The notes below the pieces were generated by a model that saw only the letters and a program-made list of their open reading frames with translations, was not told the origin of the DNA and did not search any database. Shown piece by piece: positions 1 through 10,917 of a stretch of DNA of 41,370 bases; within the stretch, counting starts at the first letter, position 1; each line of letters starts with the position of its first letter. The translations under genes and the position numbers were made by a program. The stretch is from the NCBI GenBank assembly GCA_964406155.1, contig CAYOQR010000044.1, positions 1 to 41,370 on the forward strand, read 5' to 3'. The DNA comes from an uncultured Rhodospirillaceae bacterium. GTDB taxonomy: Bacteria; Pseudomonadota; Alphaproteobacteria; Dongiales; Dongiaceae.

Positions 1-1
1 C

Positions 2-304
2 CAGCAGCAGCGCCTGTGCATCGCCCGCGCCATCGCCGTGTCACCGGAAGTCATCCTGATGGACGAACCCTGTTCGGCGCTCGATCCCATCGCCACGGCG
101 AAGATCGAGGAGCTGATCGACGAATTGCGTGCGAACTACACGATCATCATCGTCACCCATTCGATGCAGCAGGCGGCCCGTGTCAGCCAGAAGACCGCCT
201 TCTTCCATCTCGGCAATCTGGTCGAGTGGGGCGAAACCGAGCAGATCTTCACCAGCCCCCGGGACGAACGGACCCAGGGCTATATCACCGGTCGCTTCGG
301 CTGA
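2..304 (+). CDS. pstB: phosphate ABC transporter ATP-binding protein PstB, C-terminal fragment (5' end lies outside the window)
   Basis: The frame is open from base 2. The translation ...[43 protein letters not shown]...[38 protein letters not shown] is an ABC signature/Walker B/H-loop region typical of PstB, and it is followed by phoU. Confidence 0.9.
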   Translation, partial: QQQRLCIARAIAVSPEVILMDEPCSALDPIATAKIEELIDELRANYTIIIVTHSMQQAARVSQKTAFFHLGNLVEWGETEQIFTSPRDERTQGYITGRFG

Positions 305-326
305 CCGGCGGAGAGCGGAGACCAAC

Positions 327-1040
327 ATGACGACGAAGAACACCGATCATATCGTCAAATCCTTCGACGGCGACCTGCAGCATCTCAGCCAGGTCATCGC
401 CGAAATGGGCGGGCTGGCGGAATCGCAACTCAGCGCCGCCATCGACGCCCTGACCAAGCGCGACAGCGACTTGGCCGGGCGCGTCGTGCAGTCCGACAAG
501 CGGATCGACGATCTCGAACAGGAGATCGGCAATTTCACCGTCCGCATCCTGGCGTTGCGCCAGCCCATGGCGCAGGATCTGCGCGAAGTGGTGGCGGCGA
601 TCAAAATCGCCTCGGATCTCGAGCGCATCGGCGACTATGCCAAGAACATCGCCAAGCGGGCGATCATCCTCAACCAGGGTGCGCCGATGCGGCCCGTGAA
701 CTCGATCCCGCGCATGAGCATGCTGGCCCAGCAGATCGTCAAGGGCGTGCTCGATGCCTATATCGAAAAGGATGCCGACCGTGCCCAGGCCGCCTGGCGG
801 CGGGATGAAGATGTCGATGAAATGTACAACAGCCTGTTCCGCGAGCTGTTGACCTACATGATGGAGGACCCGCGCAATATCGGGCCCTGCACCCATCTGC
901 TGTTCATCGCCAAGAACATCGAACGCATCGGCGATCACGCCACCAATATCGCGGAAATCATCTATTTCCTGGTCCATGGCAAGAGCCTGGACGAATCTCG
1001 CCCGAAGGGAGATACGACCAATGTTGCAATCGGCGACTGA
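327..1040 (+). CDS. phoU: phosphate signalling complex protein PhoU
   Basis: An ATG at 327 is preceded by GGAGAC. The 237-aa product MTTKNTDHIVKSFDGDLQHL...two PhoU repeats (ERIGDYAKNIAKR / ERIGDHATNIAEI). The 129 start in the track is an upstream in-frame extension overlapping pstB. Confidence 0.9.
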   Translation: MTTKNTDHIVKSFDGDLQHLSQVIAEMGGLAESQLSAAIDALTKRDSDLAGRVVQSDKRIDDLEQEIGNFTVRILALRQPMAQDLREVVAAIKIASDLERIGDYAKNIAKRAIILNQGAPMRPVNSIPRMSMLAQQIVKGVLDAYIEKDADRAQAAWRRDEDVDEMYNSLFRELLTYMMEDPRNIGPCTHLLFIAKNIERIGDHATNIAEIIYFLVHGKSLDESRPKGDTTNVAIGD

Positions 1041-1056
1041 GCGTAACCGGCCCCCC

Positions 1057-1782
1057 ATGAACGCGCCGCGCGACAGCCAGACCGGACAAATGACGCAGCC
1101 CTTGATCCTGGTGGTGGAAGACGAAGCCGCCCTGGTCACGCTGCTGCGCTACAATCTGGAACGCGAAGGTTTCCGCGTTCTGGAGGCCGGCAATGGCGAA
1201 GAGGCCCTGCTGCTGATCAAGGAACAGCGCCCCGATCTGGTGCTGCTCGACTGGATGCTGCCGATCCTCTCCGGCATCGAAATCTGCCGCCAGATCCGCC
1301 GCAGCCCGGAACATCGCCTGACCCCGGTCATCATGCTGACCGCGCGGGGCGAGGAGGCCGACAAGCTGCGCGGCCTGGAGGTCGGCGCGGACGATTATGT
1401 CACCAAGCCCTTCAGCCCCAGCGAGCTGGTCGCGCGCTGCCGCGCGGTCCTGCGCCGGGCGAAGCCGCAACCCCAGGGCGAATCGCTCACCTATCGCGAT
1501 CTCGCCATGGACCTCATCACCCATCGGGTGCGCCGGGGTGGCCGGGAAATCCATCTCGGCCCGACCGAGTTCCGGTTGCTTAAATTCCTGATGGAGAACC
1601 AGGGCCGGGTCTTCAGCCGCGAGCAGTTGCTGGATTCGGTTTGGGGCCGCGACATCTATGTCGAGCCGCGGACGGTTGATGTGCATATCCGGCGCCTGCG
1701 CAAGGCGATCAATATCGACGATGCGGCCGACCTTGTGCGCACGGTGCGGTCCGCCGGCTACGCGCTCGACGCCGAAGAATAG
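1057..1782 (+). CDS. phoB: phosphate regulon response regulator PhoB (OmpR family)
   Basis: Receiver domain (LILVVEDEAALVTLLRYNLEREGF...DLVLLDWMLP...KPF) plus a winged-helix DNA-binding domain (GYALD). The start is uncertain: ATG 1057 (MNAPRD) or ATG 1090 (MTQPLILVVEDE). The 976 start overlaps phoU. Confidence 0.85.
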   Translation: MNAPRDSQTGQMTQPLILVVEDEAALVTLLRYNLEREGFRVLEAGNGEEALLLIKEQRPDLVLLDWMLPILSGIEICRQIRRSPEHRLTPVIMLTARGEEADKLRGLEVGADDYVTKPFSPSELVARCRAVLRRAKPQPQGESLTYRDLAMDLITHRVRRGGREIHLGPTEFRLLKFLMENQGRVFSREQLLDSVWGRDIYVEPRTVDVHIRRLRKAINIDDAADLVRTVRSAGYALDAEE

Positions 1783-1785
1783 TCT

Positions 1786-1850
1786 CCGGACCGGTCCCGG
1801 TCCGGCGATCGACAGCCGCTGTTGCAGCCGTTCGGTTGCGGCAGCGGCTT
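1786..1850 (+). terminator. two GC-rich hairpins downstream of phoB; the second (AGCCGCTG..CAGCGGCT, with a nested GCAGCCG/CGGTTGC inner stem) is followed by TTT; putative intrinsic terminator
   Basis: Palindrome CCGGACCGG-TCC-CGGTCCGG at 1786-1806, then a compound hairpin at ~1810-1847 followed by ttt. Confidence 0.35.
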
Positions 1851-1990
1851 TACGATCGAAGCGGGTATAACTGCGTCTTTCCCCCTGCAAAAACGGGCGG
1901 CCCCTTCCCATATAGGATGTAGCGGGCCGGCGGGACGGGATTTCCCTGCTCCGGCCGGTCCCCCAACCCAATTACGGGAAGGAGGGGCTC

Positions 1991-2422
1991 ATGACGACGA
2001 AAATCCTCTGTGCCGTTGATGGATCGTCCCCCGCCGGCCATGCAGCCGCCTGCGCCGCCGATCTGGCCAAGGAAACCGGGGCGTCCTTAACATTCGTAAA
2101 TGTTAATCTGCTGCCCAGCGATGGGATCACCCGCGAGTATTTCTGGGACGAGCGGCATATGGGGGCCGGCGAGGTGCGCTATGACACCCATCTCGGTCCT
2201 GCCGCCGCCACGGCCGAGGCGCATGGTTTTACCGGTTTCGATTCCGTCATCATCAAGGGGAACCGGGTGCCCTCGGCATTGGTTTCCTATGCGGACGGCA
2301 AAGGCTACGATCACATCGTGATCGGCACTGACATCACCAATGCCTTCGAACGAATCGTGATGGGATCGATCGCCACCGCCGTGGTGCAGAAAGCGCACTG
2401 CCCGGTGACCGTTGTTCACTGA
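1991..2422 (+). CDS. universal stress protein (UspA family), paralog 1
   Basis: GGAAGGAGGGG RBS. MTTKILCAVDGS...HIVIGT...GSIATAVVQKAHCPVTVVH is a canonical UspA fold. Confidence 0.85.
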   Translation: MTTKILCAVDGSSPAGHAAACAADLAKETGASLTFVNVNLLPSDGITREYFWDERHMGAGEVRYDTHLGPAAATAEAHGFTGFDSVIIKGNRVPSALVSYADGKGYDHIVIGTDITNAFERIVMGSIATAVVQKAHCPVTVVH

Positions 2423-2476
2423 GCGTTTCCCACTGACGGCGCCTGATCCGGCCGGGACGCATCGACCCAAGTCGTG

Positions 2477-2498
2477 TTGACCTACCGCAATGCGTCAA
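2477..2498. promoter_or_regulatory. inverted repeat TTGAC-N12-GTCAA between the two usp genes; candidate operator/promoter element
   Basis: Perfect 5-bp half-sites. Nearby are a second TTGA-N10-TCAA and a GTCA-N5-TGAC at 2510-2535. Confidence 0.2.
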
Positions 2499-2646
2499 GG
2501 ACGGGCGGGTTGAAGATACAATGTCAAGACGTGACGGGGTTCGCCGGGATGGGCTGCCCCGTAACGCAATCCATATCACCACGATGACATGACGTCCGGT
2601 TTGCCCGGACGCATTCTCGGCAACCATGGAAGAAGGGGGTAAGATC

Positions 2647-3078
2647 ATGCCGAAGAAAATCCTCTGTCCCGTCGACGGGTCGCATGCCAGCGACCATGCT
2701 GCTGCCTGCGCGGCGGAACTGGCCAAGGAAACCAATGCCAGGCTGACCTTCATCAATGTCAATACAGTGCCACCCGATCGTATCGCCAAGACCTATTTCT
2801 GGGACGAGAACCTGCTTTCGGCCGTGGATGCCCAGGTCCATGTCCAATTGGCCCATGCCCATAAGGCCGCCAACGGCCATGGGCTGGCGAATTTCGAGAC
2901 GGTCATCATCACCGGCAACAAGGTCTCCACGGCGATCATTTCCTATGCCAAGGAAAAGGGCTTCGACCATATCGTCATGGGAACCGGCGTCACCAGCGAG
3001 CTGGAACGGCTGATTCTCGGCTCGGTGGCCACGGAAGTGGTGTCCCACGCCCATTGCCCGGTGACGGTGGTGCGCTAA
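2647..3078 (+). CDS. universal stress protein (UspA family), paralog 2
   Basis: An ATG at 2647 follows GAAGGGGG. MPKKILCPVDGS...HIVMGT...GSVATEVVSHAHCPVTVVR is roughly 45% identical to paralog 1, so this is a tandem duplicate. Confidence 0.85.
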   Translation: MPKKILCPVDGSHASDHAAACAAELAKETNARLTFINVNTVPPDRIAKTYFWDENLLSAVDAQVHVQLAHAHKAANGHGLANFETVIITGNKVSTAIISYAKEKGFDHIVMGTGVTSELERLILGSVATEVVSHAHCPVTVVR

Positions 3079-3099
3079 ACGGCTTAAGAGAGCAAAGAA

Positions 3100-3127
3100 A
3101 AACGGCGCCGCATGGCGCCGTTTTTGT
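3100..3127. terminator. bidirectional rho-independent terminator between usp (+) and purH (-)
   Basis: aAACGGCGCC-gcat-GGCGCCGTTTTTg: a perfect 9-bp stem with flanking A-run and T-run. Confidence 0.7.
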
Positions 3128-3152
3128 CTGCCAGCCTTTTGCCGGTCTTTTA

Positions 3153-4841
<1,689 letters not shown>

Positions 4842-4921
4842 GGTCCTCGATCGTCTTTCGTCAAATCCGGTTGCTGATCCGGGATGCGCGACCGTCAAGG
4901 CGTCGCGGCGGCCATCCCGCC

Positions 4922-6679
4922 TTACTTCTTGCTGCTTTCTTTCTGCAGCGCCCATTTGATCTGGGTGTTGTCGTTGTCGATCATGCCGAGCACCACCAGT
5001 TGCTGGCTGCGCCGCACCTGGCCGCGCTGGCCCATATAGATGCTGTCGGCGAGGGCGATATCGGCACCCTGGACGCGCATCCGCCAGCCGCTGCCGCCGG
5101 GCAGCTTGAGCAGCGCCGCCTGACCGTTCTGGGTGATCGAGGCCTGGACGCCGGGATGCAGGTGGAAGCGCAGGGTGAAGGCGTTGCCGCCGGGCCCGTT
5201 CAGCGTGTCCTCACCCATCAGCTCGCTGCCATCGGCGGAGAGGAACAGGCGCCGGCGATGCACCAGGCCATAGGGTTCCTCATAGCCGTTATGGCTGGTA
5301 TCGAGCCAGATCTGGCCCTCGGCCTCCTCGCGCCGGCTGGTGACGATATTGGGCTTCAGGGCCATGCCGCCATGGTCCAGCAGCATGCTGGAATTGGTGT
5401 CGTCGACGACCAGCGTCGAATGCGCCGCCGTGGTGCGCTGCACCTGGCGCCAGTCGGCGGCGGAGGGATGCGCCGCGCCGCAATTGACGATCATCCGGTC
5501 GGCGCCGTAGCTCATCTCGAAAGCGAGCGTGCCGGCATGGGCATGGGAGTCCAGGCCGTGGCGCGGCGGCGCGCCGCAATCCATCAGGATGAGGCTCTTG
5601 CCGGCCTTCAGGCGCTGATAACCGGTCAACGGCAACTGGCTGAGATCGCGCAGCCGGTCGCCGACCCGCGACAAAGCGAGGCCCAGGAGTTCCGGGGTTT
5701 CTTCGTTGGTGTCGTTGAACAGGGCGAAGCGGCCGTCGCCATGGCACATCATGTAGATGACCGAGGCGATGTTCTCGATGGCGATCTGCAGATGATCCGG
5801 CAGCGGCTGGCGCGCCAGGGTCAGGACATGGCGGAGATCCAGGAAATGCTGCAGCAGCTCCAGCATGACGCCGGGGCTGCGCTCGATATGGCCGCCATCG
5901 GCCAGCATCTGGCGGCCGATCTCCAGGGCGAAGATGCGCCGGCCGCGCGCCAGGAAAGTGTCGCCCTGGGGCAGCATGGCGCCGGCGATCATCAGGGAGA
6001 TGCTGGCTTTCAGCAGCGCGGCGCCGCCGAGGCCGTCAGGCAAGGCGCGGGCGAGATGGGCCGCCTGGCGATTGAGGCTGTAGAGCAGAGCGGAACGGAA
6101 CAGGGCGTCGGTCTGGATTTCCAGGAAGCCCTGGTTGAGGAGCACCCGCCGCAGCCGCGCCGCCAGGATATCGGCGCGCCAGGCGAAGCTGTCATAGCTG
6201 GGGTTTTCCTCCAGCCATTGCTGGGTCAATTGCCGGGCGAGCTGCCGGGCGGCCGGGCCGCCGCAGGCGCGCAGATGGTCCAGCCAGTCGAAGGCATTGA
6301 TCTGCCGGCGCCATTCCTCGCTGACGCCGATCGGATTGCCGAGCGGCTTCGGATTGCGCACCACCTCGCTGCCGCAGCGGTATTCGCCGCCCAGGAGATG
6401 CAGGCCGAGCTGTTCGTCGCCGGGCCAGAGATCGGTCGGGGTGACCGTGAGATCGCCGCTGGAGCGGTTGCCGAGCAGCCAGCCATAGACCCGGCTGCGG
6501 TAGAAGGGCTGGGCCAGGCCGCGCCAGAGGGTGGAGACCAGCGTGTCACGGGGCAGGGCGAAAATGGTCTGCAGGCGGGGGGCGATCAGCTTCGGGCGCT
6601 GATTGCCTTTGCGCAGTCTGGGTTGGCCCTGAAGTGTCTCGCTGGATGCCCCTTCCGCCACGCCGCTCCCCTCGCTCAT
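4922..6679 (-). CDS. heparinase II/III-like family protein (conserved hypothetical, rpe-purH operon)
   Basis: The ATG at 6679 overlaps the rpe stop (ATGA). The 586-aa product [10 protein letters not shown]...ends ...[10 protein letters not shown]. It carries an alpha/alpha toroid plus Hepar_II_III-type C-terminal signature ([23 protein letters not shown]...). The 818-aa track ORF (to 7378) is read-through into the rpe region in another gene's frame. Confidence 0.7.
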   Translation of the reverse strand: MSEGSGVAEGASSETLQGQPRLRKGNQRPKLIAPRLQTIFALPRDTLVSTLWRGLAQPFYRSRVYGWLLGNRSSGDLTVTPTDLWPGDEQLGLHLLGGEYRCGSEVVRNPKPLGNPIGVSEEWRRQINAFDWLDHLRACGGPAARQLARQLTQQWLEENPSYDSFAWRADILAARLRRVLLNQGFLEIQTDALFRSALLYSLNRQAAHLARALPDGLGGAALLKASISLMIAGAMLPQGDTFLARGRRIFALEIGRQMLADGGHIERSPGVMLELLQHFLDLRHVLTLARQPLPDHLQIAIENIASVIYMMCHGDGRFALFNDTNEETPELLGLALSRVGDRLRDLSQLPLTGYQRLKAGKSLILMDCGAPPRHGLDSHAHAGTLAFEMSYGADRMIVNCGAAHPSAADWRQVQRTTAAHSTLVVDDTNSSMLLDHGGMALKPNIVTSRREEAEGQIWLDTSHNGYEEPYGLVHRRRLFLSADGSELMGEDTLNGPGGNAFTLRFHLHPGVQASITQNGQAALLKLPGGSGWRMRVQGADIALADSIYMGQRGQVRRSQQLVVLGMIDNDNTQIKWALQKESSKK

Positions 6680-7350
6680 CCGCGCAATTGCGCGATATTG
6701 CCGGCATAGGCCTCCGGCCCGCCGGTGAAGGTGGCGGTGCCGGCGACCAGGACATCGGCGCCGGCGGCGATGGCGGTCCGGGCGGTCTCGGTATTGATGC
6801 CGCCATCGACCTCCAGGTCGATCGCGCGGCCGCCCTGGCGCGACGAGACATCGTCGATCCGGCGGCGCAGTTCGCGGATCTTCTCGCTGGCGCTGGGGAT
6901 GTATTTCTGCCCACCGAAGCCCGGATTGACGCTCATCACCAGGACGAGATCGATCTCCGGCAGCAGGTAATCGAGCGCCGAAAGCGGGGTCGCCGGATTG
7001 AGCGACACGCCGGCTTTCTTGCCCAGCGACTTGATCAACTGCACGGTGCGGTGGGCATGGGGCCCGGCTTCCGGGTGGAAGGTGATGATATCGGCGCCGG
7101 CGGCGGCGAATTCCGCCACGAAGGCATCCACCGGCGAAATCATCAGATGCACGTCGAAAGGCAGCTTGCTGTGCGGCCGGAGCGCCTTCACCACCATCGG
7201 CCCGATGGTCAGATTGGGGACGAAATGGCCATCCATGACATCGACATGGACGTAATCGGCGCCGGCCTCGGTGATCGCCTGGACCTCGCGCCCCAACTGG
7301 GCGAAATCGGCGGAGAGAATCGAGGGGGCGATTTTGACTTTTTGCTGCAT
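6676..7350 (-). CDS. rpe: ribulose-phosphate 3-epimerase
   Basis: [23 protein letters not shown]...[14 protein letters not shown]...VNPGFGGQ...EVDGGI is the canonical Rpe sequence. Confidence 0.95.
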   Translation of the reverse strand: MQQKVKIAPSILSADFAQLGREVQAITEAGADYVHVDVMDGHFVPNLTIGPMVVKALRPHSKLPFDVHLMISPVDAFVAEFAAAGADIITFHPEAGPHAHRTVQLIKSLGKKAGVSLNPATPLSALDYLLPEIDLVLVMSVNPGFGGQKYIPSASEKIRELRRRIDDVSSRQGGRAIDLEVDGGINTETARTAIAAGADVLVAGTATFTGGPEAYAGNIAQLRG

Positions 7351-7563
7351 GGCGGTTCCCTTGCCGGATACCTACCATCAGGAATCAAGGCGAGCAAGCC
7401 AAGCAGGCCAGTAAAATGTGGCAATACAGCGGCAATTTCATCCGCCATGTGAGAAATTGGCATTTGCCGCCGGCCCCCCGGCTTCGCAAGATGCCGGCAG
7501 GGACAGATCCCCGGTCCGCCAGGCGGTTGGCGGCGCTTCGGCAAATGGGCTTCAGGCAAGATC

Positions 7564-8808
7564 ATGAGCGGCAAAGCGGCATTTTATCGGCAACTGACCG
7601 AGAGCCTCGACGGCATCCGGGCGGACGGCTTCTATAAATCGGAACGGCTGATCGCCGGACACCAGCAGGCGGCCATCCGACTCGGCGCGGGCGCGTCCGA
7701 GTCGGGCGGCAATGGCGACTCGGCGGCGGGCCGGACGGTGCTGAATTTCTGCGCCAACAACTATCTGGGCCTGGCCGACGATCCCCGGCTGATCGCCGCC
7801 GCCAAGGCAGGGCTGGACGAATACGGCTTCGGCATGGCCTCGGTGCGTTTCATCTGCGGCACCCAGACCCTGCATAAGGAGCTGGAGGCGGCGCTCAGCG
7901 GCTTCCTGAAATTCGACGACACGATCCTCTATTCGAGCTGCTTCGACGCCAATGGCGGGCTGTTCGAGACCCTGCTCGGTGAGGAGGACGCCATCGTCTC
8001 CGACGCCCTCAACCATGCCAGCATCATCGACGGCATCCGGCTCTGCAAGGCGCGGCGCTTCCGTTACCGCAACAACGACATGACTGATCTGGAAGAGCAG
8101 CTCAAGGCCGCCCGGGCCGGCGGCGCCCGGCATATCCTGATCGCCACCGACGGCGTCTTCTCGATGGACGGCATCATCGCCGATCTGAAGGCGGTCTGCG
8201 ATCTGGCCGACCGTTACGATGCCCTGGTCATGGTGGACGATTCCCACGCCGTCGGCTTCATCGGCGAGAACGGCCGGGGCACGCCGGAAGCCTGCGGCGT
8301 CGAGGGCCGGATCGATATCGTCACCGGGACGCTCGGCAAGGCCCTGGGCGGGGCCAGCGGCGGCTATGTCGCGGGTCGCAAGCCGGTCATCGACCTCCTG
8401 CGCCAGCGCTCGCGTCCCTATCTCTTCTCCAACAGCCTGGCACCGTCGATCGCGGCGGCGACCCTGGCGGTCCTCAAGCTGCTGGCGACGGAAGAGGGCG
8501 CCGCCCTGCGCCGCAAGGTGGCGGAGAACGGCCGCTACTTCCGGGAGAAGATGGCGGCGCTCGGCTTCAATCTGGTGCCGGGGCATCATCCGATCATTCC
8601 CGTGATGCTGGGCGACGCGGCCCTGGCCGGGCGCATGTCCGAGGCCCTGCTCCAGGAAGGCGTCTATGTGATCGGTTTCAGCTTCCCGGTGGTGCCCAAG
8701 GGCCAGGCCCGCATCCGCACCCAGATGAGCGCCGCCCATACCCACGACCATATCGACCGGGCCGTCGCCGCCTTCGCCAAGGTCGGCCGCGCGCTGAAGG
8801 CGATTTGA
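7564..8808 (+). CDS. kbl: glycine C-acetyltransferase (2-amino-3-ketobutyrate CoA ligase)
   Basis: PLP-dependent AONS family: [10 protein letters not shown]...[12 protein letters not shown]...DDSHAVGF...[13 protein letters not shown]. The gene is immediately followed by tdh. Confidence 0.9.
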   Translation: MSGKAAFYRQLTESLDGIRADGFYKSERLIAGHQQAAIRLGAGASESGGNGDSAAGRTVLNFCANNYLGLADDPRLIAAAKAGLDEYGFGMASVRFICGTQTLHKELEAALSGFLKFDDTILYSSCFDANGGLFETLLGEEDAIVSDALNHASIIDGIRLCKARRFRYRNNDMTDLEEQLKAARAGGARHILIATDGVFSMDGIIADLKAVCDLADRYDALVMVDDSHAVGFIGENGRGTPEACGVEGRIDIVTGTLGKALGGASGGYVAGRKPVIDLLRQRSRPYLFSNSLAPSIAAATLAVLKLLATEEGAALRRKVAENGRYFREKMAALGFNLVPGHHPIIPVMLGDAALAGRMSEALLQEGVYVIGFSFPVVPKGQARIRTQMSAAHTHDHIDRAVAAFAKVGRALKAI

Positions 8809-8924
8809 GCCGACCCGATTGATGGCCGGGCTGTTCACCGGCTGACCTTTTTTGACCATTGGACGATCGCGCGGCCGCCCTTCTGCGGACCGCGCCAGCC
8901 AAGAGATGAAAGCGGAGCAGAGAG

Positions 8925-9953
8925 ATGAAAGCGCTCGCCAAGCTTGAACGTGGTCCCGGCCTCACCATGACCGACGTGCCGACCCCGCAGGTCGGCCATA
9001 ACGACGTGCTGATCAAGATCCGCAAGACGGCGATCTGCGGCACCGACATCCATATCTGGAAATGGGACGACTGGGCGCAGAAGACGATCCCGGTGCCGAT
9101 GCATGTGGGTCATGAATATGTCGGCGAGATCGTCGAGATCGGCCAGGAGGTGCGCGGCTTCTCGATCGGCGACCGGGTCTCGGGCGAGGGCCATATCACC
9201 TGCGGCCATTGCCGCAACTGCCGCGCCGGGCGGCGGCATCTCTGCCGCAACACGGTCGGGGTCGGCGTCAACATCCCGGGCGCCTTCGCCGAATATCTGG
9301 CCCTGCCGGCGGTCAATGCCTTCAAGATCCCCGACAATATCAGCGACGATCTCGCCTCGATCTTCGATCCCTTCGGCAACGCCACCCATACGGCCCTCAG
9401 CTTCAACCTCGTCGGCGAGGACGTGCTGATCACCGGCGCAGGCCCGATCGGCATCATGGCGGTTGCCATCTGCCGCCATGTCGGCGCGCGCCATGTGGTG
9501 ATCACCGATGTCAACGGCTACCGCCTGGATCTCGCCCGCAAGATGGGCGCGACGCGGGCCGTCAATGTCAGCCGCGACCGCCTGAAGGATGTGATGGACG
9601 ATCTCGGCATGCAGGAAGGCTTCGATGTCGGGCTGGAAATGTCCGGCGTGCCGGCGGCCTTCCGCGACATGCTGAACGTCATGAATCACGGCGGCAAGGT
9701 GGCCTTGCTCGGCATCCCGCCGTCGGATACCGCAATCGACTGGAACCAGGTCATCTTCAAGGGCCTGGAGATCAAGGGGATCTATGGCCGCGAGATGTTC
9801 GAGACCTGGTACAAGATGGTCTCCATGCTGCAGAGCGGCCTCGACCTCTCGCCGATCCTCACCCATCACCTGCCGGTCGACCAGTTCAAGACCGGCTTCG
9901 AGACCATGCTCTCCGGCCAGTCCGGCAAGGTCATCCTCGACTGGGCGGCGTGA
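8925..9953 (+). CDS. tdh: L-threonine 3-dehydrogenase
   Basis: Zn-ADH family: CGTDIHIW...GHEYVGEIV...[15 protein letters not shown], Rossmann [10 protein letters not shown]. It forms a kbl-tdh operon. Confidence 0.9.
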   Translation: MKALAKLERGPGLTMTDVPTPQVGHNDVLIKIRKTAICGTDIHIWKWDDWAQKTIPVPMHVGHEYVGEIVEIGQEVRGFSIGDRVSGEGHITCGHCRNCRAGRRHLCRNTVGVGVNIPGAFAEYLALPAVNAFKIPDNISDDLASIFDPFGNATHTALSFNLVGEDVLITGAGPIGIMAVAICRHVGARHVVITDVNGYRLDLARKMGATRAVNVSRDRLKDVMDDLGMQEGFDVGLEMSGVPAAFRDMLNVMNHGGKVALLGIPPSDTAIDWNQVIFKGLEIKGIYGREMFETWYKMVSMLQSGLDLSPILTHHLPVDQFKTGFETMLSGQSGKVILDWAA

Positions 9954-9975
9954 GGCTCGGTCGAGGCTGTAACGC

Positions 9976-10073
9976 GCGGGTCTAAATCTTCCAGTCGCTA
10001 TGCGGTGCGGCGATGTTATGCTCGATGCCCAACCGCAAGCTTCGAAGCGGAAGATTTAGGCCGAAAGACCCGC
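9976..10073 (+). promoter_or_regulatory. long-range hairpin (GCGGGTCTAAATCTTCC ... GGAAGATTTAGG-ccgaa-AGACCCGC) whose 3' arm ends 1 nt before the hydrolase ATG
   Basis: About 17 bp of pairing with one bulge and a ~56-nt loop. The loop holds a 19-codon ORF (ATG 10000 ... TAG 10057-10059: MRCGDVMLDAQPQASKRKI) and the palindrome GCTTCGAAGC. Confidence 0.3.
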
Positions 10074-10074
10074 C

Positions 10075-10773
10075 ATGCCGGACCATCCGGTTCTTTTCCT
10101 CATCCCCGCCATGCCTTGCGATGCCGATCTCTATGCGGCACAGGTCGCCGGGCTCGCCGATCTGGTCGAGCCAAGGGTCATGGTGCTCGACGAGCCGACC
10201 ATGGCGGAGAGCGCCGCAGCATTGCTGGCGGCAGCCCCCGCCCGTTTCCTGCTGGGCGGTACCGCTTATGGCGGTGCTCTGGCGCTTGAGATCGCCATGC
10301 AGGCGCCCGACCGGATCGAGGGCCTGTGGCTGATGAACTGCAATCCTGGCAACCATCCAGATCCTGAGGAAGCGCAGGAGATGTCAGCGCGGATCAAAGC
10401 GGGCAGCCATGAAGACGTGCTGGCCGAGCTCGCGCAAGCTGTGGTCGGCAGCACGAATGCTGTGGCGCGAGAGGCATTTCTGACGATGGCGCGGCGCGCG
10501 GGTCCGGATCGCTTGCTGCGGCAGAACCAGGCTGCGGCTGGTCGCAAGGATCATTGGGTACATCTTGGCAGGATCAAGGTGCCGACTCTCTTGCTCTGGG
10601 GGGCGGCGGATTCCCTGGTCCCGCTCGCCATTGGCGAACGCATGGCGGCGCTGATGCCCTCGGCCGATTTCGTCAGCCTAGCGGATTGTCATCACCTGCC
10701 GACGCTCGAACAGCCGGCGGCGGCCACGCAGGCCGCGCGAACCTGGCTCGGCCGGTGCCTTGGTCCGTCATGA
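10075..10773 (+). CDS. alpha/beta hydrolase fold protein
   Basis: 232 aa: MPDHPVLFLIPAMPCDADLYAAQ...LGGTAYGGALALEIAMQAPDRIEGLWLMN...LLWGAADSLVP...DCHHLPTLEQP. The nucleophile-elbow position appears to read G-T-A-Y-G, i.e. Ala rather than Ser. Confidence 0.7.
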   Translation: MPDHPVLFLIPAMPCDADLYAAQVAGLADLVEPRVMVLDEPTMAESAAALLAAAPARFLLGGTAYGGALALEIAMQAPDRIEGLWLMNCNPGNHPDPEEAQEMSARIKAGSHEDVLAELAQAVVGSTNAVAREAFLTMARRAGPDRLLRQNQAAAGRKDHWVHLGRIKVPTLLLWGAADSLVPLAIGERMAALMPSADFVSLADCHHLPTLEQPAAATQAARTWLGRCLGPS

Positions 10774-10837
10774 TCGGTCAGGCAGCGCGAAAGCCGGCAA
10801 TCTAGCGATCGCGGGAGCGTTCCCCAGGGAGGCGAGC

Positions 10838-10873
10838 AAAAAAATAGGCCGCACCGAAAGGTGCGGCCTATCT
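10838..10873. terminator. bidirectional intrinsic terminator (convergent hydrolase + / SPFH -)
   Basis: aaaaaaATAGGCCGCACC-gaaa-GGTGCGGCCTATct: a perfect 12-bp stem with a GAAA tetraloop. The A7 run gives a U-run on the minus strand. Confidence 0.75.
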
Positions 10874-10917
10874 GCTTCGGGCCATCTGCGGCAATGCGCA
10901 GGGTCGTTGCCCGGCCA

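Noticed and set aside
129-1040. 303-aa phoU ORF starting at 129
   Set aside because: The first 66 residues overlap pstB in another frame and are Arg/Ser/Pro-rich. The conserved PhoU sequence begins at the RBS-preceded ATG 327.
4922-7378. 818-aa single ORF spanning the heparinase-like gene and the rpe region
   Set aside because: The N-terminal 233 residues are out-of-frame read-through across rpe (Arg/Pro-rich nonsense). A proper ATG at 6679 overlaps the rpe stop, and rpe is unambiguously encoded in another frame of the same strand.
7379-7563. Sigma54 (-24/-12) promoter at TTGGCATTTGCC / TGGCAATACAGCGGCAAT
   Set aside because: The GG-N10-GC spacing rule is not satisfied for either candidate.
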